From Octopus sinensis (lineage: Eukaryota), in NCBI RefSeq assembly GCF_006345805.1, contig NC_043010.1, forward strand, positions 24,242,001 to 24,306,000: a DNA stretch of 64,000 bases, given 5' to 3'. This document shows positions 24,910-36,513 of this stretch, in pieces (the first letter of the stretch is position 1; each line of letters opens with the position of its first letter). Position numbers and translations under genes: made by a program. The notes below the pieces were generated by a model that searched no databases, was not told where the DNA came from, and saw nothing but the letters and a program-made list of their open reading frames with translations.

Positions 24910-25620
24910 TATGAAAGAAGGTTTGAAAATGCAATTTTAAAAGATGTTTATTTACTTTATCGGTTTCACTTTTTTAGAAAAATCTTGTCAAATGTAACAT
25001 GTAAAAGCTTGGTTGTGTTAGGTACTGGTTGTCATGTTATCTTAACATGGTGAATCAGGTCAGTTAAAGCTAACCTACTACTAAAATGTAAACTTTTTTA
25101 AACTTATAATATTCTGTGTATATATATACAGATACAATACCAATATTTCACTGAACTTTTTAATAATTTCTTCCGGAAACTATCTTTAACATTTTCTTGA
25201 GAATGTATGTTTATGTTGTCATCTTTTGTGCCCAATATTTTAAGGAACTTGTTAAACTTTTTTATATTTTCCCAAGATTTTCCCTTGTAAACTCATCTTA
25301 ACATGTTCTTATTATCAAGGACTGTATATGTATATTGAAATATTTTGTGACAACCAGTACCTGGCACAACCAAGGTTGTGTGCCCAATATTTTAATGAAC
25401 TTGTTAAACTTTTTTATATTTTCCCAAGATTTTCCCTTGTAAACTGTTCTTAACATGTTCTTGTTATCAAAGAATGTATATATATATTGTAGTATTTTGT
25501 GATAACCAGTACCTAACACAACCAAGCTTTTACATGTTACTTTTGACAATCTTTCTCTAAAAAAGTGAAACCGGTAAAGTAAATAAACATCTTTTAAAAT
25601 TGCATTTCAAACCTTCTTCA

Positions 25621-25622
<2 letters not shown>
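24910..25622. mobile_element. MITE/foldback element with ~130-bp TIRs and internal ~140-bp tandem repeats
   Basis: 24910-25040 is the reverse complement of 25502-25622; internal repeats of cccaatatttta...gattttcccttgtaaact; TA-rich flanks. Confidence 0.7.
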
Positions 25623-25666
<44 letters not shown>

Positions 25667-25670
<4 letters not shown>

Positions 25671-26205
25671 AAGAGGCTTCCAAATAGGAAATCGTGTTTT
25701 AGAAGGAGCAGTTAGAAATCTCAAGACCACAAAAAAGGATAAATTCACGAAAGGAATGAAAATTAAAAACGTTTACCATCTCAACTATTTTCCAGACCGC
25801 GTTTTCTAACTATTTCCAGCAAAAATATATTTACTGAAGGCCAGTTTTCTTCAGTGGGATAGCCTTTAAAATTCAGACATACAGACTGCTAGATCCACAT
25901 GTAGAACTAACGGTTTGTAAACCCTAACTTTTCAAACCACTGCGCAGACACAGATTATACTCGGCGACAGAGAGGATGCCGGTAAAAATTTCGAACGAAT
26001 TTATCAAGCAATATTTAAACATAATAAAATAGGGTAATAATAAATTATGATTACCAGTGGCCTAGCACAAAAAACGAATTAATCATTAGACTATATATTA
26101 TTCATATAGAAATACAATAAGAGGCTTCCAAATAGGAAAGCGTTGTACTAGAAAGAGCAGTAGAAATCTCAAGACCACAAAAAATTTATTATTACCCTAT
26201 TTTAT

Positions 26206-26210
<5 letters not shown>
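25667..26210 (-). mobile_element. 448-bp unit (~1.15 copies) plus short inverted tail; diverged relative of the 21850 array
   Basis: caataagaggcttccaaatagg at 25667 and 26115; shares tgcgcagac..., cctagcacaaaa.acgaatta.tca and aaaacgtttacc blocks with the 21850 array. Confidence 0.8.
25792..25860 (-). ncRNA. Hammerhead ribozyme, A.A closing pair
   Basis: atCCCA-CTGAAGA-A aact ggcc ttcagtaaa...ttttgctgg aaat agtt A-GAAA-ACGCGG-TC|TGGA. Confidence 0.68.
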
Positions 26211-26253
<43 letters not shown>

Positions 26254-26374
26254 TGTACACATAAGAGGTAACCATATAGGACTACCTACACGCTAGAGAG
26301 GACGGTTAAATTCGGAACCACTATTACAGACAGAAATCGCAGGAAATAAAAAATAAAACATTTACCATCTAACT

Positions 26375-26444
26375 CCTGAACCAATGGTTTCAGACACTTT
26401 TTAACAAACAAAATAATTTGCTAGGCGAAGCCTTCTTCAGCAAG
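26375..26444 (-). ncRNA. Type I hammerhead ribozyme
   Basis: CTTG-CTGAAGA-AGGC ttcgcc tagcaaa...tttgtta aaaagt GTCT-GAAA-CCATTGG-TT|CAGG. Confidence 0.72.
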
Positions 26445-26848
26445 TACAGCTTAGACTAAATATATATACACAAGGCAATTCAGTATATGCCCCGTGCTTA
26501 TACATTCTAATTTTTCAAATCTACCGCGCAAGCGCAGCTCGCTGTAAGCAGTAAATAACTATGCCGGCTTTTTCATTTCGAAAATTATCTAAAACATTAT
26601 CAATAATTAATGTTATCAAAGGGTAATCGGAAATATTAGAAATTTCCATTATCAGTGTCCCAGCGTGTAAAGTTTTAGTCAATAGACTATATATTATTAA
26701 TATAAATATAGTGTACATTTAAACACATAAGAGGTAGCCATCATAGGACTACCTACACGCTGGAGAAGACAGTTAAATTCCGAACCACTATCAGAGATAG
26801 AAATCGAAGGGAATGAAAAATGAAAACTAAAAACATTTACCATCTAAC

Positions 26849-26920
26849 TCCTGGGTCAATAGTTTCAGACTTTTTTAGCAAATAAAATAATTTGAAAAGC
26901 GGAGCCTTCTTCATCAGGAA
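26849..26920 (-). ncRNA. Decayed hammerhead ribozyme
   Basis: Homolog of 26375-26444 with U16.1 changed to C and stem III mismatches. Confidence 0.4.
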
Positions 26921-27256
26921 CACTTTAGACTAAATATGCATACAAGAGGCAATTCAGCTAAAAAGAAAAGTCTGAAACCATTGGTCCAGAAGTTAGATGG
27001 TGAATGTTTTTATTTTTCATTTTTTATTCCCCTCGATTTCTATCTCTAATAGTGGTTCCGAATTTAACTGTCTTCTCTAGCATGTAGGTAGTCCTATGAT
27101 GGCGACCTCTTATGTGTTTAAATGTACACTGTATTTATATGAATAATATATAGTCTATTGACTAAAACTTTACACGCTGGGACACTGGTATGGAAATTTC
27201 TAATATGTCCGATTACTGCTTGATAATATAATTATATATAATAAAAACATATATGT

Positions 27257-27317
<61 letters not shown>

Positions 27318-27480
27318 TATATGTATATATACATACATATATGTATGTATCTGTGGTATATATATATATACATGTATATATATATATAATTTTAATCCAA
27401 AGGGGAAACAAAAAAACAACAACAACAGGAACAATTACAGTATTATTATTAATAGGCGCTCAGGAGATGGAAGCAGGGAG

Positions 27481-27515
27481 GTATGACGTTTCGAGCGGAG
27501 CTCTTCGTCGGAAAC
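27481..27515 (-). ncRNA. Minimal hammerhead-like motif with CCGA core in a PLE pseudo-LTR-like segment
   Basis: GTTT-CCGACGA-A-GAGC tcc GCTC-GAAA-CG-TC|ATAC. Confidence 0.5.
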
Positions 27516-27679
27516 ATAAAGAAGGAAGAGAGAGGAAAGAAAGATCCCAGAGCGGGCAACAGGGAAAGAGAAAAAAGACGACTGGTGTTTACGAGTTGCA
27601 CATGGTGAAAGGCGGATGTTGACGATAACAAGAGCAAAGTGGGTTTTTAAAGGCAAAAGAGTGGAGACAAGGTTGGTAA

Positions 27680-30460
27680 CCCAACAGATGTGTGTGTATG
27701 TGTGAGTGTGTGCATGTGCGTGTGTGTATGTGTGTGTGTGAGGCGAGATGAAAAAACAAAAAAATATATGTGTGTGTTAGTGTGTGCGTCTGTGTGTAGG
27801 CGTGTGAGGTAGGGCGAGACTAGTGGCAGCTAGCAGACGAGGTCAGTACTAAGAAAAAGAAGGAAGGAGGAAGGGAGGTCAGTAGTAGAAAAAGAAGGAA
27901 GGAGGAAGGGAGGGAGGGGAAGGGGTGGGGGCGTATGTAGCGTGCCAGCGTGTGTTGAGTAGTAGTGTGTGTGTGTGTCCAGTGTCGTGGTGGTATTAAT
28001 GAGTAGATTGAATGTGTGTAAGAGTGATGTATATATATAAGCAAGGTGTGTATATGTGTGCGCGTGTGTGTAACGAAAAAGGGGGGGGTTAAGGAAAAAG
28101 GACTCCAGCTGAGGGGAAGATGGAAGAGTGGTACCGCGGAGACAGGCGTGGGAAAACCAACGACACGCGACGGTCCCAGGAACGGGCGGGAGGTCTCGTC
28201 AGGTCCAAGGGCGAGGTGTATGCGACGCGTATGCAGCGCGAGCCGGCGTAAGTGCGTATGTGCGCGTGCCTGCGAGTATGCGCGTACGTATGTATGTGTG
28301 TGGATGTGTGAGTGTGTCTGTGTGTTATGTCTGGGTGGCAGTGTGTGCGATGAATGTATGTGAGTATGTGTGTATGTATGTGTGTGCATAGATGTATGTC
28401 GTGTGTGTGTGTGTGTAGTGTGTGAGTGTGTATGTATGTACGTGTGGGTGTGGGGAAGTGTGTGTATGTGCATGTGTGTGCGCGTACATACAGGTGTGTG
28501 AGTGAGTGTGTGTGTGTGTATGTATGTGTGAGTGTGTATGTATGTGTGTGTCGGATGCATGTATGTGTATGGGTGTATGTATGCGTGTGTGTATGTATGT
28601 ATGTGTACGTGCGTGTGGTGTGTGTATGCGTGTAGGTGTGCGCGTGTGCATGCATGCATGCATGTGCGTATGTGTGTGTGTGTGTGCATGTGTGTGGGTA
28701 TATATGTATGTGCGTATATGTGTGTATGTGCGTACATGTGTGTGTGGTGTATGCATGTGTGTGTATGTAGGTGTGTAGGCGTGTGTGTATAGGTGTATGT
28801 ATGTAAGTATGTGTGGGTGTGTCCGTGTATGTGTGTGTGTATGTGTGTGTGTATGTAGGTGTGTGGGCGTGTGTATATGTGTGTGTATGTAGGTGTGTGG
28901 GCGTGTGTATATAGGTGTATGTGTGTATGTCTGGGTGTGTCCGTGCATGTTTGTGTGTGTGTGTGTATGCATGTGTATGTGGGTGTGTGTGTACGTGTGT
29001 AATGTATGTGTGTGTGCGTGTGTGTATGCGTGCGTGTGTGTATGTAGGTGCGTGTGTATGTATGTGTGGGAGTGTAGGTGTGTGTGTGCGTGTGCGTGTT
29101 TATGTTGGTGTGTGCGTATGTGAGTGTGAGTGTATGGGTGTTTGTCATGCATGTGTGTGCGCGTGCAGGTGAGTGTGTGTGTAAGTATGTGTGTGTGTAT
29201 GTTTGTGTGAGTGTAAGTGTGTATGTCTTTGTGTATGTATGTGCGTATAGGAGTATGTGGGTATGTGTGTATGTATGTATATGGGTGTATGTATGTATGT
29301 GTGTGTGTGTGCATGTGTATAAGTATATGTGTGTGTGCGTATGTGTGTATATGTATGTGTGTGTGTGTTTATGTATGTGTGTATGTATGTGTGTAGGCGT
29401 GTGTGTGTAGATGTATGTATGTATGGGTGTGTGTCCGTGTGTGTTTGTGTGTGTGTAGGTAGATGTGTGTGTCTGAGTGAGGGTATGGCTGTGTAGGTGT
29501 GTGTGTGTATGAATGTAAGTGTGTGTGTATACAAGTGTAATGTATGTATGTAGGTGTGTGTGTGTGTGTGTGTATGTGTACGTGTGCGTGTGTATGTGTG
29601 TGTGTGTATGCGTGTGAGTGTGAGTGTATGGGTGTATGTCTGTGTGTGTGTATGTCTGAAGTAGGTATGTATGTGTATGTATGTATTGTGTGTGTGTGCA
29701 GGTATGTGTGTGTATGTGTGTGTGTGAGTAGGTGTGCGTGTGTATGTATGTGGGTAGGGATGCATGCGAGTGTGTGGGTATGTATGCATACATACGTACG
29801 CGCACATCCGAAGCAAGCCCACACGCACAAAGCGCGCTCACGCACACACGCACAAGCAGTACAACGCAAGCCCAAGGGGCCGACCAAGCCCCCAGCGCGC
29901 GCCAAGGCGCGCGAGCGCAAAGGCCCTCGAACGCCCCGCTACGCGGGAACCGAGGATCCATCAGCCAAAACCGGAAAGCAGAAGAAAAGAGGGGGGGCTG
30001 CCTGGATGCAAAAAGGTGTATGTGTGTGTGCATTCAGTGTAAGGGTGTGCATGTGTGGGCATGTATGTATGTATGTGCCTACATGTATGTTTGCATGTGT
30101 GTGTGTGAAGTATGTACGTGCGGTGTGTGTGTGTGTGTGAGTGTGTGTATGTATGTGCGTATGTATGTGTGTGTGTATGTGTGTATGTATGTCTGTGTGT
30201 GTGTGTGTGTGTAAGTATGTATGTGTGTGCGTATGTATGTATGTGTGTGTGTGTATGTGCATGTTGGTGTATGTTAGTGTGTTGCTAGTATGTCTGTAAG
30301 TGTGTGTGATTAAATGTGTGAATGTATGTACGTAAATGGGTCTGCGTATGTGTGTGTGTGAACAGGCGTGTGGGAGGTAGGTGGTTGGGTGTGTGTGGGA
30401 GGTAGGTGGGTGGGTGTGTGCGTGTGGGAGGCAGGTGGGTGTGTGGGTGTGGGTGGTGTG
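27680..30460. repeat. ~2.8-kb irregular GT/GTAT-rich low-complexity tract with two GC-rich islands (about 28090-28260 and 29780-30010)
   Basis: Direct inspection; strong strand bias (G/T on plus). Confidence 0.9.
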
Positions 30461-30489
30461 CAAAAAAAAAAAAAAAAAAAAAAAAAAAT

Positions 30490-31430
30490 CTCAAAGAGGA
30501 GGGGGCTGTGTTAAGTCCGTGTGGGGTGGTAGTTTGTAGGGTGAAGATGTAGCGTTGCTCCAAGTGGAGCCTGGAAAGTGGGCGACCTTGGTGGGGGGCG
30601 AGACCAAACACTGAGATGTCATCTAGGGAATGGCCGGCCGAACGGAAGTGGCGTGCGACGGGAGAAAGAGAGTGTAGGCGAACGTCCCTTAAGTGCTCAG
30701 TGAAACGGTCGGACAACCGGCGTCCCGTCTGTCCTACATACAGCATCCCGCATAGGTTGCATTTAATGCAGTAAATAAGGCCAGACGAGGTGCACGTAAA
30801 AGAGTGCCTAATGCGTACAGTGTGCAGGTTGGAGCCGGTGACAGCGGTGGTGTTGGTGATGAAGGGGCAAGTTTGCAGCGGGATCTAGAGCAAGGGAATG
30901 ATCGGTGGGGGCTGAGGGGGAAGGAGAGAGGGTGCTGTGGACCAGGAGGTCACGCAGATTGCGGGCTCGTTTGAAAGAGGACAGGGGTAGGTTAGGGAAA
31001 ATGGGGCGGGTGGTGGGATCAAGCTGGAGGCGACGGAAGGCACGTAGTATCTTGCGACGAAGGGGTAGGGTAGAGGGGTGGAAAAGGAGGGGGAAGGGGG
31101 TGCGGTTGGGGGGTGGGCGGGGGGAAGGAGACAGGGCGGTAGTGCGGTCGATGCGACGGGCGCGGGTGAGGGCATCAGAGAGGAGTATGGGTGGGTAACC
31201 TCGGAGTCTGAACATGCGGGCCAGGTATTGAGATTGGGTCTCGAAATCCTGGTCGCGGCTGCACAAACGTCGGAGGCGGAGGAACTGGGAGTAGGGGATG
31301 GCTCGTTTGGTGTGGAAGGGGTGGGAGGAAGAGAAGTTGAGATAGAGGTGGGAATCCGTAGGTTTAAAAAAGGCGGTGGTGGTGAGAGATCTGGAGGGGT
31401 GATCGATGCGGAGAGAGTCAAGGAAGTAGA
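30490..31430 (-). mobile_element. 5'-truncated Neptune-type Penelope-like element (RT thumb plus GIY-YIG endonuclease), frameshifted
   Basis: FLD...FFKPTDSHLYLNFSSSHPFHTKRAIPYSQFLRLRRLCS...FKRARNLRDLLVHS, then LYVGQTGRRLSDRFTEH...VARHF...EQRYIFTLQTTTPHGLN. Confidence 0.9.
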
Positions 31431-31449
31431 TATATATATATAGATATAT

Positions 31450-31508
<59 letters not shown>

Positions 31509-32231
31509 TATATTTATATATACACATACATTAGAATGAAAAAACTACAGGAGACTAGAATTATATGATTAAAAATATATTCAAATTGTCATGTTTCGAA
31601 AATGTTATAAAATTGTATACACAGCAGCATTTTTCTGGAGAAATAACGGTTTCGTATTTTCTTTTCAAATTTCTCAGTTTTCTTTATCTTCGCTATGGTG
31701 TGATGTAAAAGAGTTCCAACAGTGGGAGGTTATCAGGGATGTTTTCGGCATAAGGAAGATAATCAAAATGTTGGGAAAGATAAGGTTTGATATGATTTGG
31801 TTACCATAGAATAAAATGCGAGAATTGGTTAAGTTTTGGCTTATATTTTTCAATGAGGTAAGTTTCCTTATTTAAAATGTTAGAAAGGGTTAGGTTTTGA
31901 CTTATATCTTTCAATGAAGTAGGTTTCCTTATTTAATCTAACATGTGTTGATGTTCCAATGGCACATTGATAAAATGGAAACATTACAAATTGTGGTAGC
32001 AGTTGCTTTACACACCTCTCAATGTGTTCACGAAAGGGTACACATCTGTGCTCTGAGAATGCATTCTGCTGTCGGTGCAGGGTGCATCTACGTCTGAGCG
32101 ATAACCCTGTGGACCCTAATGTAGTTTTGGTGGCAGCCTGAGCATCTTATAACTTAAAGCAGGTTTTCTGAGGCACAAAATTTGATTTTGAATTTTTGTC
32201 CCTCTTTGTATATAATGTATATATATATATA

Positions 32232-32293
<62 letters not shown>

Positions 32294-32296
<3 letters not shown>

Positions 32297-35200
32297 GTCA
32301 TCCTTTTTGTCTCGGGAGACAATGGAGTTGCGCATAAAGCAGTCTAGTCCGGCTTTTACATTTCATGTCCTGATACATTTCCTGCTGTGGCTGTGTAGTC
32401 CTATCCTGGACAAACACTCCCTCTGGCAGGTACCGCAAATGTAGCGAATACTGTTCCTGGCTGGTTGTAATGCCATAGTTTCTTGTTGACGTCTTTTCTT
32501 GTCTTTCCATTTCTCCTCTCTCTCTCTCTCTCTGTCACTCCTTTGTATTCCCTCTCTTACGGTACATCGCCAGTCTCCACGGTTGCCGGCAACTGCCTCC
32601 CAACCGCTAATATTGATGTTGCAGGCCTTCATGTCCCTTTTAGCAAACATCCTTGTAACGTAAGAGCGGTCTACCCACAGACCTAGTACCCCTAGCAAGC
32701 TCTCCGTAGAGTATGTCCTTGGGGATTCTGCCATCTTTCATACGGCTAACATGCCCAAGCCATCTCATACGTCTTTGTGTGAGGAGTGCAAACATGCTTG
32801 GTATTCCTGCTTGCCTGAGGACATCTTTGTTGGGGATATGGTTCTGCCATTTGATGCGGAGGATTTTCCGGAGGCAGCGCAGGTGAAAGATGTTTAGGCG
32901 ACGCTCTTGGCGTGTGTATAGCGTCCAAGTCTCACTTCCATGCAGTAGAGTGCTAAGTACACATGCCTGGTAGATCTTCATTTTCGTGGTCTTGGTCAGC
33001 TTATTGTTGTCCCAAGCCCGTTTGGAGAGTTGGGCCATCGCAGCAGCTGCCTTGCCAATTCGTATATTGAGCTCAGCGTCGAGGGATAGGTTGTAGGTGA
33101 CGGTAGAGCCCAGATAGGTAAACTTCTCCACCTCTTGTAATCTGTGGTCTCCAATATGTATGTTTGGGATGTCCGATGTAGCCTGACCCATGATGTTGGT
33201 CTTCTTAAGGCTGATAGCTAAGCCAAAGTTGTTACATGCTTGCTCAAAACAGTTAATGAGCCTTTGGAGGGCTTCTTCTGTGTGTGATACAAGAGCGGCA
33301 TCATCAGCAAATAGCATCTCCTTGATCAGGACGTTTCTGATTTTGGTCTTGGCACGCAGGCGCGAGAGATTGAACAGTTTCCCGTCACTTCTACTGTGCC
33401 GAAACACTCCATCATCTGATGTCTGAAAGGCATGTGAGTGTAAGAGCGAGAAGAAGATGCCAAACAATGTAGGAGCGAGGACACAACCTTGCTTTACCCC
33501 GTTTTTTATTTGGAAGGCGGCTGATGTTGAACCGTTGTGCTGTATGGTGCCTTGCATGTCGTCATGGAAAGACTTGATGATCCTCAGCAGCTTTGGTGGA
33601 CATCCGATTTTTTGGAGCAGGGTGAACAGGCCTGTTCTACTTACCGAGTCAAAGGCCTTTGTTAGATCAATGTAGGCCATATATAATGGCATTCTCTGCT
33701 CTCTGGACTTCTCCTGAAGTTGGCGTATGGAGAATATCATATCGATAGTTGATCTGCTTCTTCTAAATCCACACTGCGATTTCGGATAGATTCGAGAAGC
33801 AAGTTGTTGTAGCCTGGCCAGGATAACGCGGGCAAAGGTCTTTCCAACAGTGCTTAGAAGAGATATTCCATGGTAATTGTTACAATCACCACGGTCACCT
33901 TTGTTTTTGTAAAGCGTAATGATGTTAGCATCCCGCATATCTTGAGGGACTGTACCCTCTTCCCAGCACTGACACAGAAGCTCATGAAGGTGCCGAAGCA
34001 GGATGGTGTTTTTGCCGGCTTTGATGATCTCTGAGGGGATGCCGTCTTTTCCCGGAGCCTTGTTTCTTGCTAGGGAGTCAACAGCCTTGATGAGCTCTGC
34101 TATAGATGGCGGACTGTCAAGTTCGCACATGACTGGCAAGATCTTGACACTCTCGACTGCAGCCTCAGTCACTGTAGTCTCCCGTGAGTAGAGATCCTGG
34201 TAGTGCTCCACCCATCTATCCATTTGCTTGCTTTGATCCCTGATGAGATTTCCAGTAGTTGATTTCAGAGGGGCTGACTTGGTTGCGGATGGACTGAGGG
34301 CCTTCTTCAAACCGGCATACATCTCACGGGTGTCGCCACTGTCAGCAGCTGACTGGATACTCTGACAGATTTCCTGCCAATACCTATTTGCACAGCGTCT
34401 GGCTGTCAGTTGGGTTTTATTTCGTGCCTTTCTGAGTTCTTCGAGTGACTTTGTAGAAGAGTCACTCTTATATTGCATCAGAGCTACACGCTTTGCTTCG
34501 ATAACTGGCTCCAGCTCTGAGAGCCCAGCATTGAACCAATCTGGGTTTTGCCTTTCTCTCATGCCGAAAGTATCTATTGATGTCGTATACAAAGCTTCCC
34601 TGATATAGTTCCATCTACTTTCAGCAGAGGAGGTTTGGCAGCCACTGAGGGCAACCTTGATAGAAGCAGCAAAACATTTTCGCAGTGTAGGGTCCGAGGT
34701 TCTGGCACTGTTAATGCGTGGTCGGCCCACTTTCTTGGAGCAATGGACTTTTTTAGGTAGAATCCTCACCCTACTTCTAATTAGTGAGTGGTCTGTGTCA
34801 CAATCCGCGCTGTGGTAACTGCGGGTCAATAGAGTAGAATTCAGGAAGGATCTCCGTGTAATGATGAGATCCAGCTGATACCAGTGGTGAGATCTTGGAT
34901 GTCTCCAAGATGTCTTGTGGGATGGCTTGTTGGTAAAGAATGTGTTTGTGATGCACAGGTTGTGGTATGTGCAGAATTCGAGTAGTCTCTGACCATTGTC
35001 GTTCATGTTGCCAATACCAAAGTGTCCTACACAAATGGGCCACAAATCGTGGTCAGATCCCACGCGAGCGTTAAAATCCCCTAGAAGGTAGATATTTTCA
35101 GTCGTTGGTATATTTTCTATGACACAGTTGAGATCTTTGTAGAACTGGTCCTTGGTCTCTTCTGAGCTGTAGAGAGTGGAAGCATAGATGCTGAGTAGAT

Positions 35201-36181
35201 GTACTGAGCCAGAAGAAGTCGAGATGCGCAGTGAGAGGCTACGCTCAGTGCCTCATGATGGTGGTACTATTGAGGAGAGTAGTGAGTTTCTCACTGCAAA
35301 GCCAACGCCATGTTGACGAGGTTCTTCTGGATCTCTTCCCTGCCAAAAGAAGGTGAAATCCTGCTCTTTGAGTTTGCCGTTTGGGGGAAGTCTTGTCTCC
35401 TGTAGCCCAGCAATGTCTATGATGAGCCTCTTTAGTTCACGGTCAATGATGGCCGTTTTCCTTGTGTCTTCAACCCTGAGTAGATCATCAGATATTCCAG
35501 GGCACACGGTCCTGACATTCCAGCCTGCCAGCCGCAGGACTGGTGTTTTCTTGACTTTTAGTTGTTTGCCTGGTGCAGAGGTTGCAGGCCGCTTTTCAAG
35601 TCATACTCTTAGCTCCAAGCACCCAATGAAGCAGGCGGCCTGTGGCGGGTCAGCACCTTATTAACTGGGGGCTGCCCAGCTTGAGGTGGGCAGTAGCTAA
35701 CCAATGGGACACGGAGGTCCCCCCCACCGTCAGAGGTAACCCGTAGCGGCCATATTTTACGCCAATCTGAATGGACTTATCACTCGTGACTGTTACCTCC
35801 CGTGTTGTTTCTGCAGCTATTTACAGCAGCACTGAAGTGTCCTCTCCAGTTTTGCGCAGGCCTGGGCTAGAGATAAGAAAGTCCTGGGTAGCCCAATCGT
35901 CAGGTTTTTTCTCTCGACCTTGCTGATGTAATCCAAAGGAGTACAGTGCATTACGTTTGGCACCAGCTTGGTTGCAGGAGCTGCTGAAAGAGTGTCGAGT
36001 CGAACACTAGACCACCTTCGGTGCTCCACTCCGGATTTCTTTGAAGGTTGTCTCCTTTCCGTAACCCTGGATAGGGGCCCATACCGGGTACTGTCAGCCG
36101 GAGCCAGCTGAGCCCGGAACTCGTATCAGGCAGGGTCGTCACTCTCTGAAGTAGTGAAGAAGTTCGCTACCCACTACCTTT
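32294..36181 (-). mobile_element. Full-length RTE-clade LINE inserted in (TA)n
   Basis: ~570-bp 5' UTR, single APE-RT-C2H2 ORF, short 3' UTR, (TA)n at both ends. Confidence 0.95.
32363..35545 (-). pseudogene. RTE ORF: AP endonuclease, reverse transcriptase, C-terminal C2H2 finger; two lesions
   Basis: GWNVRT, LQETR, LGDFNAR, SDHS-like TDHS; QCGFR, YIDLTKAFDSV, GVKQGCVLAP, LFADD; CGTCQRECLSRIGLHSH. In-frame TGA at 35253-35255 and a 1-bp frameshift near 32642. Confidence 0.95.
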
Positions 36182-36331
36182 ACATATATATATATATATA
36201 TCAGTGTGTGTGTATACATACTCGATCTAAATTCAGGACCACAGCTCTCCAATGCCTTGCACAAAATTAAACATAATCTGCATATGGTGGAAGTAGAAAC
36301 GAGAAAAGAATATATGTATAAAATGTACACA

Positions 36332-36421
<90 letters not shown>

Positions 36422-36466
36422 TTATATATATATATATATATTATATATATATATATATGTTTGGAT

Positions 36467-36513
<47 letters not shown>

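Larger units (their letters stand above)
26251..27230 (-). mobile_element. 466-bp unit (~1.5 copies) plus inverted copy (26960-27230); third subfamily
   Basis: cataagagg at 26260 and 26726; inverted segment re-reads the HHR 3' half through the unit junction; TA tracts on both sides. Confidence 0.8.

Noticed and set aside
2253-27230. CRISPR-like interpretation of the tandem repeats
   Set aside because: Whole units repeat with no unique spacers; eukaryotic context; no cas genes.
27820-30033. 737-aa His/Thr-rich ORF and overlapping Val/Cys-rich ORFs
   Set aside because: Translations of CA/GT low-complexity DNA; no domain, open in several frames.
35600-36181. HDV-like ribozyme in the RTE 5' UTR
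   Set aside because: Known in some RTE elements, but I could not assemble the nested double pseudoknot by eye; needs an RNArobo or Infernal search.
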